A DNA stretch of 64,000 nt, from the NCBI GenBank assembly GCA_000091205.1, contig AP006490.2. The stretch is one strand, 5' to 3'. This stretch comes from Cyanidioschyzon merolae (taxonomy: Eukaryota). The translations under genes and the position numbers were made by a program. Positions 1-10,860 of the stretch are shown here, in pieces; position 1 is the stretch's first letter; each line of letters begins with the position of its first letter. The notes below the pieces were generated by a model, which saw only the letters and a program-made list of their open reading frames with translations, was not told the origin of the DNA and searched no databases.

Positions 1-1
1 C

Positions 2-2185
2 ACGCTTGCCACCGAGAGCGCTCAACCAGGAAGACAATTGCGGCTCGTGTGGGGTCCGGGAGCGCTTCTCGCGGACTCGATGACAGCGACGTGGATACTG
101 GGCGGCAAGGAGCAGCTCGAAGCGCTCCAGACGCTGGCAACGCATGTCCCCAGTGCATTAGAGCAATATCAGGAGCAGCTGCAGACGTATAGCAGGCTCT
201 GGCAAGAACTGCTGGAGACCTCTGCTCCGGCAGCAGCGAGGGCGCCTGCTCAAAGTCCGACGACTGATACCGACTTCAAACGAGGCACCAGTGCGTCTGT
301 GAGCTCCTCGCCGCTCGATGAGCGACAGCAGGCAGCGGCGAGCGACGCCTCCTCTGCGCAACAGCCGGATGCCTCCATATCCACCCGTCATGCTGCTCTG
401 GTAACGATGCTCTTTCGAATGTCCTTATCACGTCTCTGGAATGAATTCACCCGCCTCGCGTCCCTGGATACTTTCCGTTCACAGCAAATCCTGGAAGCGT
501 CTACAGCGCCAGACGGGTTCGCTCTAACCCCAGTGGCTGCGCTTGCTTCGCTCACACAGACGCTGTACCGCTCCGGTACCGAGACGCTGCGTTGTTTGTG
601 GCACACGCTGGTGGTAACTCCAACCGACACGTCAACTGTGTCGACAGTTCGCAACGCACTGCTAGAAAAGGAACTGATTCGCGTATACGATCTCTGTCTG
701 ATGCCACGCTTGGTTGTCGCTATGAGCGCAGGTCACGGTCTGCTGGCACCGCAAGTCCTCATGGAGGCGCCGCTTCATCCAGAGGGAACCGAAGATATCC
801 CCGAGGTAGCTGCACTCCAGTCGCTTGCCTCAACTGGTGATGCATTCGCTATGCACTCGCCACGAACGCTCGAAGCACTCTGTGTCGAGATGCGGGCCTT
901 ATGCGAGCAGTCTGCACAGCAGACGTGCTCGGAACGCACGCAGAACATGCGGAAAGCGACCCGTATCCTGAAGAAAATGACTGGGTTTTCAGTGAGCCTA
1001 CGTTTGGCATTTGGGCGTCGACTCGAACAGCAGTGGAAGGAGTGGCTTCCCCAGGACTGCGGTCTCAGTCTACTAGGTTCACTGCTTCCGGCAATGCAGG
1101 ATGAAGTGGTGCGTTTTCAGACATGGTTTACTGAGGCTTTCTGCAGCATGCTGCATCTAGTGCGCGTACAGCGTGCCGAGCCGTCCACCACAGTGCCTAG
1201 TCTATCACCGGGGTTGACGTCGAACGGTAGCATCGCCGAAGAGCGCTTGTCGGCGAACGATGCGAGTGACTACTCTCGAGCATTCCAGACCGTCTTCGAG
1301 GCGCTCCACGAATTGTTGAGCTGGACGCTAGATGTCGTAGCGTCCGTTGCACATCAAAAAGACGCCACACGACAGGTGCAGGAGACACAGCGGCTTGCAG
1401 AGCTTGTTCAGCTACTTGAAGACCAGCCGCTCGCTTTGCAGCGGGTTTCAGAGAGTGCCGTGTCTGCGTCAGCGTCACCGCTCGCAGTCCTCTGGGCACT
1501 AGCTCGGGATCCTGCGCTTCGGGACACCTACTTTGCAGACTGGAACGACACCGAGCACCCAGTAAGCCGTTCCGTAGAGCAGCTCGCCAGGAGTGTCGTG
1601 CCGGCGCTGGTCCAGGCTCGAACACTCATTCGGGCGCTTGGCGAAGCGCTCTTCGCGGAGACGCTGCTGCGGCTTGAAGCGACACTGCGACTTCCTGGCG
1701 TACACCCGGAACCCGACTACGATACCTCGCTGGATCTTCCGGCACTCTCCGAGCATCCCAGTGAAGCGATGATTGCCTTCGGGGAACGTCTGTTGGCCTT
1801 ACCATCGCTGCTGGAACCGGTATTGTCCAATGTGCGGAGTGTTGTGCATTTGCGTTGCCTGACACTGCCCCTGTCGCTGCCCGACGATACCGCGATGCAG
1901 AGCAACTGGGAGGCTCATATGCAGCGTATCGTTGGGCAAGTATACCGCGATTCGAGGGATATGGAACGATCGCCACGGGGATCTGGTACGAGCATCGAAC
2001 TCGCCACTGCAGCGCGATCCTGGCTGCTCTGTATGCTGACACCGCTCACCGAGAGGGCGTTTAGGGCATTGCGGGGCGCAGAGACTGAACCCTCGTTATC
2101 GCAGCGATCAAGGCAGGTTTCCGTAGATCGGACGTACCTCGAGCAAGTGCTTGGACGTCTCGGCTATTTCGGAAACACACGATGA
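2..2185 (+). CDS. hypothetical protein (715 aa ORF); 5' end uncertain, open to window edge
   Basis: Long uninterrupted ORF in frame 2 with no upstream stop before position 1. The track 'start' at 38 is TTG. First in-frame ATG is at 80 (ADSMTATW). No domain recognised; composition is protein-like (helical, Leu/Ala/Glu-rich). Confidence 0.5.
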   Translation, partial: TLATESAQPGRQLRLVWGPGALLADSMTATWILGGKEQLEALQTLATHVPSALEQYQEQLQTYSRLWQELLETSAPAAARAPAQSPTTDTDFKRGTSASVSSSPLDERQQAAASDASSAQQPDASISTRHAALVTMLFRMSLSRLWNEFTRLASLDTFRSQQILEASTAPDGFALTPVAALASLTQTLYRSGTETLRCLWHTLVVTPTDTSTVSTVRNALLEKELIRVYDLCLMPRLVVAMSAGHGLLAPQVLMEAPLHPEGTEDIPEVAALQSLASTGDAFAMHSPRTLEALCVEMRALCEQSAQQTCSERTQNMRKATRILKKMTGFSVSLRLAFGRRLEQQWKEWLPQDCGLSLLGSLLPAMQDEVVRFQTWFTEAFCSMLHLVRVQRAEPSTTVPSLSPGLTSNGSIAEERLSANDASDYSRAFQTVFEALHELLSWTLDVVASVAHQKDATRQVQETQRLAELVQLLEDQPLALQRVSESAVSASASPLAVLWALARDPALRDTYFADWNDTEHPVSRSVEQLARSVVPALVQARTLIRALGEALFAETLLRLEATLRLPGVHPEPDYDTSLDLPALSEHPSEAMIAFGERLLALPSLLEPVLSNVRSVVHLRCLTLPLSLPDDTAMQSNWEAHMQRIVGQVYRDSRDMERSPRGSGTSIELATAARSWLLCMLTPLTERAFRALRGAETEPSLSQRSRQVSVDRTYLEQVLGRLGYFGNTR

Positions 2186-3005
2186 CAAACAAAAGTACAT
2201 CGGTACTCGTGATGCGCTCAGGATCGCCTGAAGCGCCAGCTCAGACGACTTTGACAGTTGCAGAGCGCATGTTCATGCAGGTCGGTGAGCGCTTGTCGGG
2301 TACTCAGTGCGGCAGCGCGTACAACAGTGATACGCTTTGTCGGCATGGATTTCCGGAGCCTGCTCTAGAGACCGCTCGTTCTGGTACTCGGATACGTGAC
2401 ATTTCCTCTGCTAGAGAACGTGTCCAAATGGCTCGAGTCAGGTCTACATACTGGCAAGTTTACTGTAATAAGTGCAACGCTCTGGGCTCAGCGGTTGCTT
2501 CGACTACTGTTTCTGTTCTTGTTCCTACCATTCCTCCCATTGCGATTCCTGTTCCTGGTGCCTCCAGTTACTTTACACCGCAGACGCATGCATTCATCAG
2601 CACACGACACGAGCTCTATGCACGGGTACGGCGGTATGAAAATCGCTCAGGCGCTTGCTGTTGCCTCACGTCAGCAAGTCCCGTCGGTGCCCCGCCGCAT
2701 CCCTCGAAACAACCAGCGCGCGATGAAGCAGGTTTCGCGAACCAGTTCTTGTTTGTACGGGATCCGATGTTCGCAGTTGTGCCTCAAGCAATGATCGTTG
2801 CCAGATACCTGTGGAACCCGCCTGCTTTTCGATAAAATGAGTGCATCTTCGACGCTCCCACACCGACGATCAACACGGAGCGCCCATGTATTCGCTGCGG
2901 ATTGTGGTGACGCAGCCAAGCCCTTGCAGACAAACGCAGGCATCTGTTCTGGTTGCCTGCGAGCATACCGACGACGCCAAGGCGTCCGGTAACCCAGCAC
3001 AGGTC

Positions 3006-4559
3006 TCAGAGCGAATTCTGGTTTTCGTGCTTTCCCTCGACAACGGATATCTCTGTGGATGCCTCTGGAGCTAGACTTGCCTCCGAACTGGGTTCTGCCT
3101 CGGCTGCACTGGACCAGAGCCAAGCAGCTGGTTCCGGAATCATCGGCTGTGCGGTAGGTAAAGCTGGTGGCTGATCATCCCTCCCAACCAGATAGATATT
3201 CATGTTCTGGTTGGCTATGGGTTCGTATATCCTCATAAACTGCATCTCCAGCTGGGTGAGCGCGGTTAAAACGCTTTCGCGCTGGGTTCGCTCCCGACCG
3301 CACCAGGTTTTGTGCACGTGCCTGCGAGCCGCCTCCAGGGTTTCGAACCCGTCATGACAGGCGGCGAGTGCTGCCCCGCGGTTTTGCTTCTCGGTCTCAT
3401 CCTGGGACCATAGGCTCATTCCCTGAAGCATACGTGCCCACGCAGTGCTCGTCCGCAGCCGAAACCGCAGATACTCTACCCACCCCTGTAAACGCTCTCC
3501 ATCGACCTCTGTCCGCGAATGCGCATCGGTGGGTGTGATGTCCTCCAGCACAGTGAGCGCTTCCTCGAAGCGCGCCATTGCCGCGTGCGCAGACGCTGCC
3601 CAGCCGCTTAGATCTTCATGTTGCGGTAGTGTGCCGGCAGTTGCTTTGGGAAGCTTTGCTCGAAATCCCCGCACAACTGCCACCATCTCCGCGTGCCCCA
3701 GACACTGGAGCAGCAGCGCGTCAATCACGGCATCCTGGAGATCAACTGGAAGCGCGGATACTGCCTCTTCATTGGGGTAATGTTCGTTCCGAATCTCCTT
3801 CAGAGCTTGAAGCTCTTCTGCTGCTTCAACAAGCAACTGTTGAACGCGTTCGCGCCGCGTATCCCACGCTGGCGCTTTGCGGGGTGCGCTCTGCTTCCGA
3901 CTGCCGTTCCGGCGTTTCGAGTCCTGATCCGGGATGCGTTCCGGATCAAAGACGCTGTCCGTGAGCTCCCCTTCTGGATCGCTCGCTACCCGCTTGGCTC
4001 GCATCAGCGTCGATAACGCCAGTGCGTACACAACGTTCACCACTTCGAAGCCGCTATCGCCTTTATGAAAGCGATCCCCTGACGCAAGCAACCCCGTCCA
4101 GGCGTACTTGGCATTTTCCTCGGCCGAGGCGTCTTCTTTGGAAAGCGCTTGCAAATATTTCGCAACGCGAGAACGCGTCAGCCTTTTGACGTGAACCCTG
4201 GTCGCCTTCGACGCCCCCGCACTGTCTGCTGCAACGTACCGTTGGCGTAACGAGAGCGCAGTGTCCGCTGCTGTTGCCTCTAGTGCTCGGGTGTACTTGC
4301 GCCCAGGAACATAGACGAAAAGGTCCACTGGAACAATCACCTCGAACTGTCCTGTGTCATGTCTACCGTCTAAAAGTGAATAGCACCCACCCATTCCTGA
4401 GACAGTGAGCGGTGCGTGAGCTTCAGTTGAAGGAGGAATTGTTTTTTTAGAACATTGGTGCGCGTCGCACAGCTTCACGTCGAAGCGAAGCTGCGATCTC
4501 CAGCGGACGCCCGCTGGCTGCGTGCACCGCGTATCGAGCGCCGTTTTTGCGGTGCGCAT
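3006..4559 (-). CDS. BRO1-domain-like protein (PalC/Rim20/ALIX-family N-terminal domain), 517 aa
   Basis: Genuine ATG at 4559 (rc of cat). Weak collinear resemblance to the ALIX Bro1 domain (e.g. ALIX TLSLIMLAQAQEVFFLKATRDK vs IDALLLQCLGHAEMVAVVRGFRAK here; ALIX GEEIARLQHA vs DGFETLEAAR). Family call from memory of the fold only, no search run. Internal MGGCYSLL at residue 56. Confidence 0.45.
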   Translation of the reverse strand: MRTAKTALDTRCTQPAGVRWRSQLRFDVKLCDAHQCSKKTIPPSTEAHAPLTVSGMGGCYSLLDGRHDTGQFEVIVPVDLFVYVPGRKYTRALEATAADTALSLRQRYVAADSAGASKATRVHVKRLTRSRVAKYLQALSKEDASAEENAKYAWTGLLASGDRFHKGDSGFEVVNVVYALALSTLMRAKRVASDPEGELTDSVFDPERIPDQDSKRRNGSRKQSAPRKAPAWDTRRERVQQLLVEAAEELQALKEIRNEHYPNEEAVSALPVDLQDAVIDALLLQCLGHAEMVAVVRGFRAKLPKATAGTLPQHEDLSGWAASAHAAMARFEEALTVLEDITPTDAHSRTEVDGERLQGWVEYLRFRLRTSTAWARMLQGMSLWSQDETEKQNRGAALAACHDGFETLEAARRHVHKTWCGRERTQRESVLTALTQLEMQFMRIYEPIANQNMNIYLVGRDDQPPALPTAQPMIPEPAAWLWSSAAEAEPSSEASLAPEASTEISVVEGKHENQNSL

Positions 4560-5304
4560 GATGCTGGGAAGTTTTGTCGCAGATAAAGATTCAGCCTCTC
4601 GTGTCGCCTTCGACGGTGCAGGACTGAAGCACCTATGCGCTGCGCAGCATCAACGCGAACGGTTAGAGACAGACAGAAAGGGAATCGCCAACGACTCTGT
4701 GTGTTGCGTGAACTTCAGACAGAGCTTGCACACCGTGATCAAGGTTCGTTCAAGCGCTCTTGGTGGTGCAGTCAAGGGTGTTGTGCGTGGCTATCATAGT
4801 GCTTTTAGCGCTGGTATCGTTGCTGCACGGAGGCGGAGCGGCCTGACAACGTCTTGAGAGAGACGTCGGCTCCAGAAAGTGCGGCTTCCCGTTGTGTGCC
4901 CGTCTAGCGCCTGCATCTGGTTCTTATGGAGAAGCGCGTTCCGATACGGCTGGAAGCGTTGTCGGTGTGAAGGCAGCGCCATCGTCTCGCCGAGCACGGT
5001 GGCGCTAGTACGCGCGAATGCATGCCGGGCCTCCGCTGCTGACTGGCGGTGCTTCACGTGGCAGCACGTTCACGCAAGGAACAACAGCGCGTTCAGAGCG
5101 TTGCGTTGCCAGCGAGTGCCGGGGTTGCACTGCGCTACAGCCTAATGGCGTTGCTCACCTGCATGGACTAAGTGCCAGTTGGTGGATTCTGCAAAATACG
5201 GGGATTCGCTTTGATCGAATGCGAGCGCACGCCAGATGCTTCTCGGAACGCAATATGTCGTGCACGCGATCGGCATTGACGGAGACCGCACTGAGTGTTT
5301 CTTA

Positions 5305-5690
5305 TGCAAATGCACTGAACAGTAGCGCATTGCTCGAATAAGCCCATGATAGGCGTCTTCCATGGATGATGTATATCGTTCGTACGTAATTGCACGAGCG
5401 CAGATACACTGAACAGTAGCGCATTGCTCGAATAAGCCCATGATAGGCGTCTTCCATGGATGATGTATATCGTTCGTACGTAATTGCACGAGCGCAGATA
5501 CACTGAACAGTAGCGCATTGCTCGAATAAGCCCATGATAGGCATCTTCCATGGATGATGTATATCGTTCGTACGTAATTGCACGAGCGCAGATACACTGA
5601 ACAGTAGCGCATTGCTCGAATAAGCCCATGATAGGCATCTTCCATGGATGATGTATATCGTTCGTATGTAATTGCACGAGCGCAGATACA
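5305..5690. repeat. tandem minisatellite, 94-bp unit x ~4.1
   Basis: The 8-mer cactgaac recurs at 5313, 5407, 5501 and 5595, an exact 94-bp period. Overlapping minus-strand ORFs 5142-5853 with reiterated peptides are frame artefacts of the array. Confidence 0.9.
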
Positions 5691-6937
5691 TAAAAGGTTT
5701 TCGCTCGTTCATGCGGTATCCTCGGCGATGCATCCATCCCATACACACCAAGCATCGATGCTGCGTCGAGTGTAGGTCACCGTAATCCGTACGAATCCAT
5801 TCCCGCCCCCGGGCAACTAGGACTCCATGCTGACGTCTTTCATGCGACTGCAACTAGGCGACGGATTCCGGTTCCGCAGATGCTTCATAGATTGTTTGCT
5901 TGTTTGCTCATCTAGTTACACATATTCAAATGACCACCAGACTTGCATGACGAAAACGACCGCGTTGCTGCACGATCATCTCGGGCTAATGCGAGACTCG
6001 TCCTCATGCACGAAAGGCCAAGTTCGGGGTTCATTCAAGTTCTTCCTAGCGATGCCACGCTCTTGCAAGCGCTCGATCTACACCGATGATCGAGACCGTC
6101 TCCAGACCTAGTCAGGACGCAAAGTCCATTCTGAGGCCCGCTTCTCGTCCCGTGACGATAGAGCGTACGTACCTCAATTATAGCGTTTCGTCGGTGAGTG
6201 TGCGGCGCATCATAGCGATGCTGCGTAGGCCAATGGTTATAGCTTTGTACGCTGTGCTGGGCAGCCGAAGGAGTTGAATGCCGTTCGAGTGCTCTGTCCG
6301 CTCTATATTGGACGCGAAACAACTGCTGTCACAATTGACCAGAGAAATGGCTATCCGGTTGGTTAGTATTCGGGAGAGAACGCTCGAAAAGACTGCGCTC
6401 TACCAAACGTTCACTTTCTTTATGCAGTCGTTGCGCGTCGCATGGACTTTGGGATGCATTCTGAACGAAGGTTACGCTTCAGGTAGTATCGGCCTGCACA
6501 AGCAGAGAGTGAGAGAGACAAACCTTGTCTGTGCTGCTCTTTGTGGGCGAAGGCCGATACAGTCTGCGCATCTTTTTTTTCTGGCAGCGTCTGTGAACGA
6601 GTATTCCGCGCCTTCATCCCCGACAACGCCTAATCAGGACATCATGGACCTCCATATGCTACTCTGAACACACCCATGTATGCCACATCATTAATAGGCG
6701 TCAAGGACTCAATGTTGGGATCTTTTATCCTGCTTGAAGATTGATCAGTTCGTGACAGGCCTGAGATACCACCAACGCACACCTGGCACAGTTGGAACGG
6801 CGACGACCGCCTTGCCTCTCCAAACGCCCGGCGCACCGTATAGTCTTTTTGGCTACGAAGCGAGCCCGTTGTCGTGCCGAGCTCTCGAGCGGTCCGCATC
6901 ATACTTCGCGGACGGTGCTCGTTTCACTTCGTGCTCA

Positions 6938-7981
6938 ATGTTGCGACTAGGTCGAATGCGTTCTCTGGCGAGCGCAGCAGCGGCTGCAACTGCGGCTGCG
7001 GTGCTATCGCTCACCACTGTTGACTCGGGCTCGAACGGGTCTCTGGGAACGCCACCAGCGGCTTTGCGTTTCAACGCGTTACTCAGACGCGCGGCTGGTA
7101 CCTGGAGCGCAGAGGCACAGTCCCTGGATCTTCGTCTTGGTGGAGGACAGCTGGTCCTTCGGCCGGATGCTTGGACGAGCTGGAAACTGGTACGAGCCAC
7201 AGCCGAGACGCCTACCACAAAGCGACTTGTTCTGGAACCTATCGCGGATCCTGAGTCCGGTATCACCGTTGCGACAAGCACGCCACTAGAAATCCCACCG
7301 ATATCTTGCGTACTTTTCCGAGCTACCCCCGGAGAGCCGGCAGGCGAACCCGTGGTCAGACCCTACAACCCTATCAGCCCGCGGTATACCAACGGCCCGC
7401 TGACATTCCTTGTGCGGCAATACCCGGACGGACGCATGTCGAACCTGTTGCACGATATGCGTCCGGGGGACACCATACAGCTTAAGGGTCCTTTCGAACA
7501 GTATCGTTTTGTGGAGAAGGATCATGCCAACCAGCAGATTGTCTTCATTGCTGGTGGCACCGGGCTAACCCCGTGCCTGCAACTAATCCATGACCTCGTG
7601 GAGCGACAGCGGGAACCGGAGCCAGAGAAGCGACCCTCCAAGTTGACGTTGATTTTTGCCAACAACACGGAAATGGAAATTTTGCTTCGCGAGGAGCTGG
7701 ATGAAATGGCTGCATCCAGTAATGGTTTCTTAGATATTCATTATTTGGTTCGGGAAGCCCCTCTGGTGCCGGGACCGCAACTCATGCAAGGAATCGTGTC
7801 GCGGCGGTATCTGGAAGAGCGCCTGCCGCCTCCGGAACAGAACCCACTGATTTTCGTGTGTGGCCCACCGGGAATGATGGAGCTGGTAAGTGGACCTAAG
7901 ACCAAGGATAAGAAGCAGGGGCAGCTCGCTGGAATCCTCCGCGATCTCGGGTACACAGAGTCCCATGTCTGGAAGCTGTAA
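6938..7981 (+). CDS. NADH-cytochrome b5 reductase-like FAD/NAD oxidoreductase (about 348 aa from first ATG)
   Basis: RPYNPIS (RxYTPxS FAD motif), GGTGLTPCLQ (NADH-binding GxGxxP), CGPPGMME near the C-terminus. Track start 6734 is TTG; the first ATG at 6938 gives MLRLGRMRSLASAAAAATAAAVLSL, a hydrophobic N-terminal anchor or targeting segment typical of b5 reductases. Confidence 0.75.
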   Translation: MLRLGRMRSLASAAAAATAAAVLSLTTVDSGSNGSLGTPPAALRFNALLRRAAGTWSAEAQSLDLRLGGGQLVLRPDAWTSWKLVRATAETPTTKRLVLEPIADPESGITVATSTPLEIPPISCVLFRATPGEPAGEPVVRPYNPISPRYTNGPLTFLVRQYPDGRMSNLLHDMRPGDTIQLKGPFEQYRFVEKDHANQQIVFIAGGTGLTPCLQLIHDLVERQREPEPEKRPSKLTLIFANNTEMEILLREELDEMAASSNGFLDIHYLVREAPLVPGPQLMQGIVSRRYLEERLPPPEQNPLIFVCGPPGMMELVSGPKTKDKKQGQLAGILRDLGYTESHVWKL

Positions 7982-9531
7982 CGCAACGATTTATCCGAAC
8001 TTGCTGGAGTGGTACGCAGCGGCACCTCTCTAGGCATCAGGTGTGCGAGAAGCGTTGCCGTGTCCAGTAGCTGCCGCCGCCGCCGCCGCCGCCGCCGCTG
8101 TTGCTGCTCGTATGCGCACAGGAGACGTCCCTGGGTGCGGCTTCGAGCTTGTTCCTATTAGGTCTGCGTTTATCCAATTTTTGGCTGTAACATGGAATGG
8201 AAGCGCAACATCCAGCAGGAATGCTACTTGCTTGGTTGCCTGCGGTGCGCTGGACCACGGTTTACCCAGCACTGTATCAGCAAACAGGAATACCTACACG
8301 TACCCGTGCGTGGAGCACTTGCATCGCCTCCTGGTGATTCGCAAGTGCGAGCGCTGCTTACACGCTACGATGAAAGTGCATTTGCATCCAGCGCAGAGGC
8401 TTTTGCGGTTCCTCGCGACAACCATTGTGCAGGGCATGGTCTGGCAGATGGACTAGAAATAGCCTTGCTGTCCTTGAAAGCTGTTGATCAGAGCGGATGG
8501 CGGTGGAATGTACCCCGAAAGCTTCACCTACGAGCAGACTCGATGGATTGCGATGCTGAAACGTTAACCGGAGACGCCTGGACGAGGGTCCAGTACACTG
8601 CGGTTGGTGAGCGCTGCTCGCTTGGTTACGGAATGAACCCCGTTGTATGATTGCGTAAACGACTGGAAGTATCATGTAAGGAACGAAGTACGAATCCTGA
8701 ATGTAGATGTTCGGGTGGTCTGCCGAGTGCCCTGGTCCAGGGGCGCGGTGCCGCCGACGCTCCTCACGCAAAACGTGGACGAGCAGGTCCGATGAAGGGC
8801 GCTGCCTGGCAAGCGCCCTTTTCTCTCTGTTTCTCAAATAGAGGTGCGAGGTGGCTACCCCATGTGGATTGATCGCAAAGCCGAGCAGTTGATCGCATCC
8901 CCGGATGTCGCCAGCGCTGCTACTGCTGGTACTACTACTTCTTCGTTTGAACTGATGACTGCTTGCGAGGGTATTGTATCCCAAGCGAGTATTCGCAGTC
9001 TATTCCGTACGCAGAATCACATTGCAGCTCTGGATGCACCCTATTTTGAAGCGAATGCGGGTACACCCACCAAATAAATGGATGTTGGGCACTTGATATA
9101 CTAACTGGAGTTCACAGCCATCGACAGGATTTTCACTTCAATGCGCAACGGATCGAAGAGCGCGCCCACTAGCGAGCCCATCAGCACCATCTGTACTTCA
9201 ACTTCGGAATGAGATGGAACGGATCGTCTAAATCAGGCGCACACTCGAAAGCTTGGGTCTATTCTCGTTGTCATTAACAGCATGATTTATGAGCTTTATC
9301 TGTAATCACCTCCCTTTCCTCTTTCTGGCGTTCAACGCATCGGACCTGCGAGTCCCTGCAGTCACGTTGTCAGCAGTCGAAGGATGTTGATGGAAGCACT
9401 CAAGTCCCGATTTGGAAGTTTTCCAGTTCTCTCGATGCATTTGGTGCACAAACAGGAGTCGTGATCTACGTTTCGCCTGCGATGCAAGATTTCCCTACGT
9501 ATGAAACCTCAGTGCACCATTCGTAATAACG

Positions 9532-9562
9532 ACACGTGACTGTGGTCACGTGTTCCTATAAA
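9532..9562 (+). promoter_or_regulatory. perfect inverted repeat ACACGTGAC-tgtg-GTCACGTGT (two E-box/G-box CACGTG cores) immediately followed by TATAAA
   Basis: Read directly: acacgtgac (9532-9540), 4-bp spacer, gtcacgtgt (9545-9553), then cctataaatc (TATAAA at 9557-9562). Lies in the 2.9-kb ORF-poor interval between the cyt-b5-reductase and Pus genes. Confidence 0.4.
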
Positions 9563-10860
9563 TCATCTGGTAGTCCGTCTCCAAGGGTCACGCCACAGCG
9601 TGCGCAGGCCTGCTTCATCATGCGGCACATTCCGTTGACGGGTAAAGAAGGTGCCTGACGGTGGACTCCACCGAACCCGCGCCCGGTGCCATATCCTAGG
9701 ATCACGGGCTTCTTCTGGACGATCCACTCCTCGAGTACTCTGTGCTCAGCATGCGCAAGTGCACGCTGTCGCATTCGATAGAGGATACATGGAAAGCGAT
9801 GTTGTCCACGATGGATTAGGTACCTGAAAAGCAATTCATACTGGAGAAAAAATGACTTCGATTCGTCTACGCTCCCTTCCCGCAAGAACGCTGACGCGTT
9901 TTGCACTGGAGGCGATCACTACGATGATTCGTGTCCGAGTCCAAGACGCTTCTCGATGGAAACCAGACAGACAGAAGCCTCGAGGCGTACTTCCCGTGAT
10001 CGATATCATGCTGATGCGGAATGCGATTGCATCGATGGCGACGAAGAGATGAGGAGTTCGCTTTCCAACGAAAACGACGAACGGTTTACCTGAAAACTTC
10101 GTTAGAGTCTCTGGATGAACGGATGAGCAAGTCGTCAGTGGATGGCGTCGAGTGCTTTCCGTCGTCGTCCCAGGTGCGCGGCTTGCCGCGCCCACAACTT
10201 GCCCTGAAACGGAAAGATCGAAAACATGAAGCATCCGTGACATGGGCATGCTGCAGGGAAGCAACCGATACGAATGGGTCCCTGTAAGTGCAGATCGGAT
10301 AACGTTATTGGTGTTTCTACGAACCCTCGTTCGAAGGCGTCACGAAGGTGCTTGAATCCGGTGACGCAACAAAATCCATCTGCCAAGTATCGAAGGTGCC
10401 ACTCCGAAACGACGACCAGGTATCCTACTACTACGACGTTCGGATGTGTCATTTTTTATCGCCAAACGTCGAATGTCCAAGCTACAGATCTACAAAAAAG
10501 GTTGGAAGAGAACTCGTAAGACAAGAGCAGACCGCGCACATCCGTCTTTCATGTTCATTGAAGATGCGTTCAGATCACGCTGCCAGCGTACCGTGTGCTA
10601 GATCGCTCCTCTCAGCTGTTGCTCGAGCAGCTTTTCTCATAGGTGCGCCAGAAACGCCTACCTTTCCTGATGGTCTCGCTGCAACATCGCTGTCTCAAAG
10701 CGGGCGCTTCACCCATATCAAAGCGTTCCAGTCGGGGCCAGGAAACGCTGATCTTAATGATTCGACGTAGAGGAGGTTTCTCGTACGTATTTCTGTGTAT
10801 ATGAAAATGCTTCACCCGTATCGGAGCGCTCCAGCCCGAGGCAGGAAACGCTGATCTTGC

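Noticed and set aside
2182-2835. 217-aa ORF immediately downstream of the first gene, as a possible separate gene
   Set aside because: Non-ATG start, overlaps the stop of the preceding gene, product is Ser/Thr/Pro/Arg-rich low complexity. More likely 3' UTR.
3338-3358. tRNA B-box-like GGTTCGAAACC on the minus strand
   Set aside because: Lies inside the 517-aa BRO1-like CDS. No matching A box or acceptor or T-stem complementarity. I found no convincing tRNA anywhere in the intergenic regions by eye, though I cannot exclude one without a tRNAscan-type search.
8192-8650. 152-aa ATG-initiated ORF in the 7981-10861 interval
   Set aside because: Cys/Trp/Arg-rich composition without secondary-structure periodicity. 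No motif. Left out of the feature list (confidence below 0.2) though not strictly excluded.
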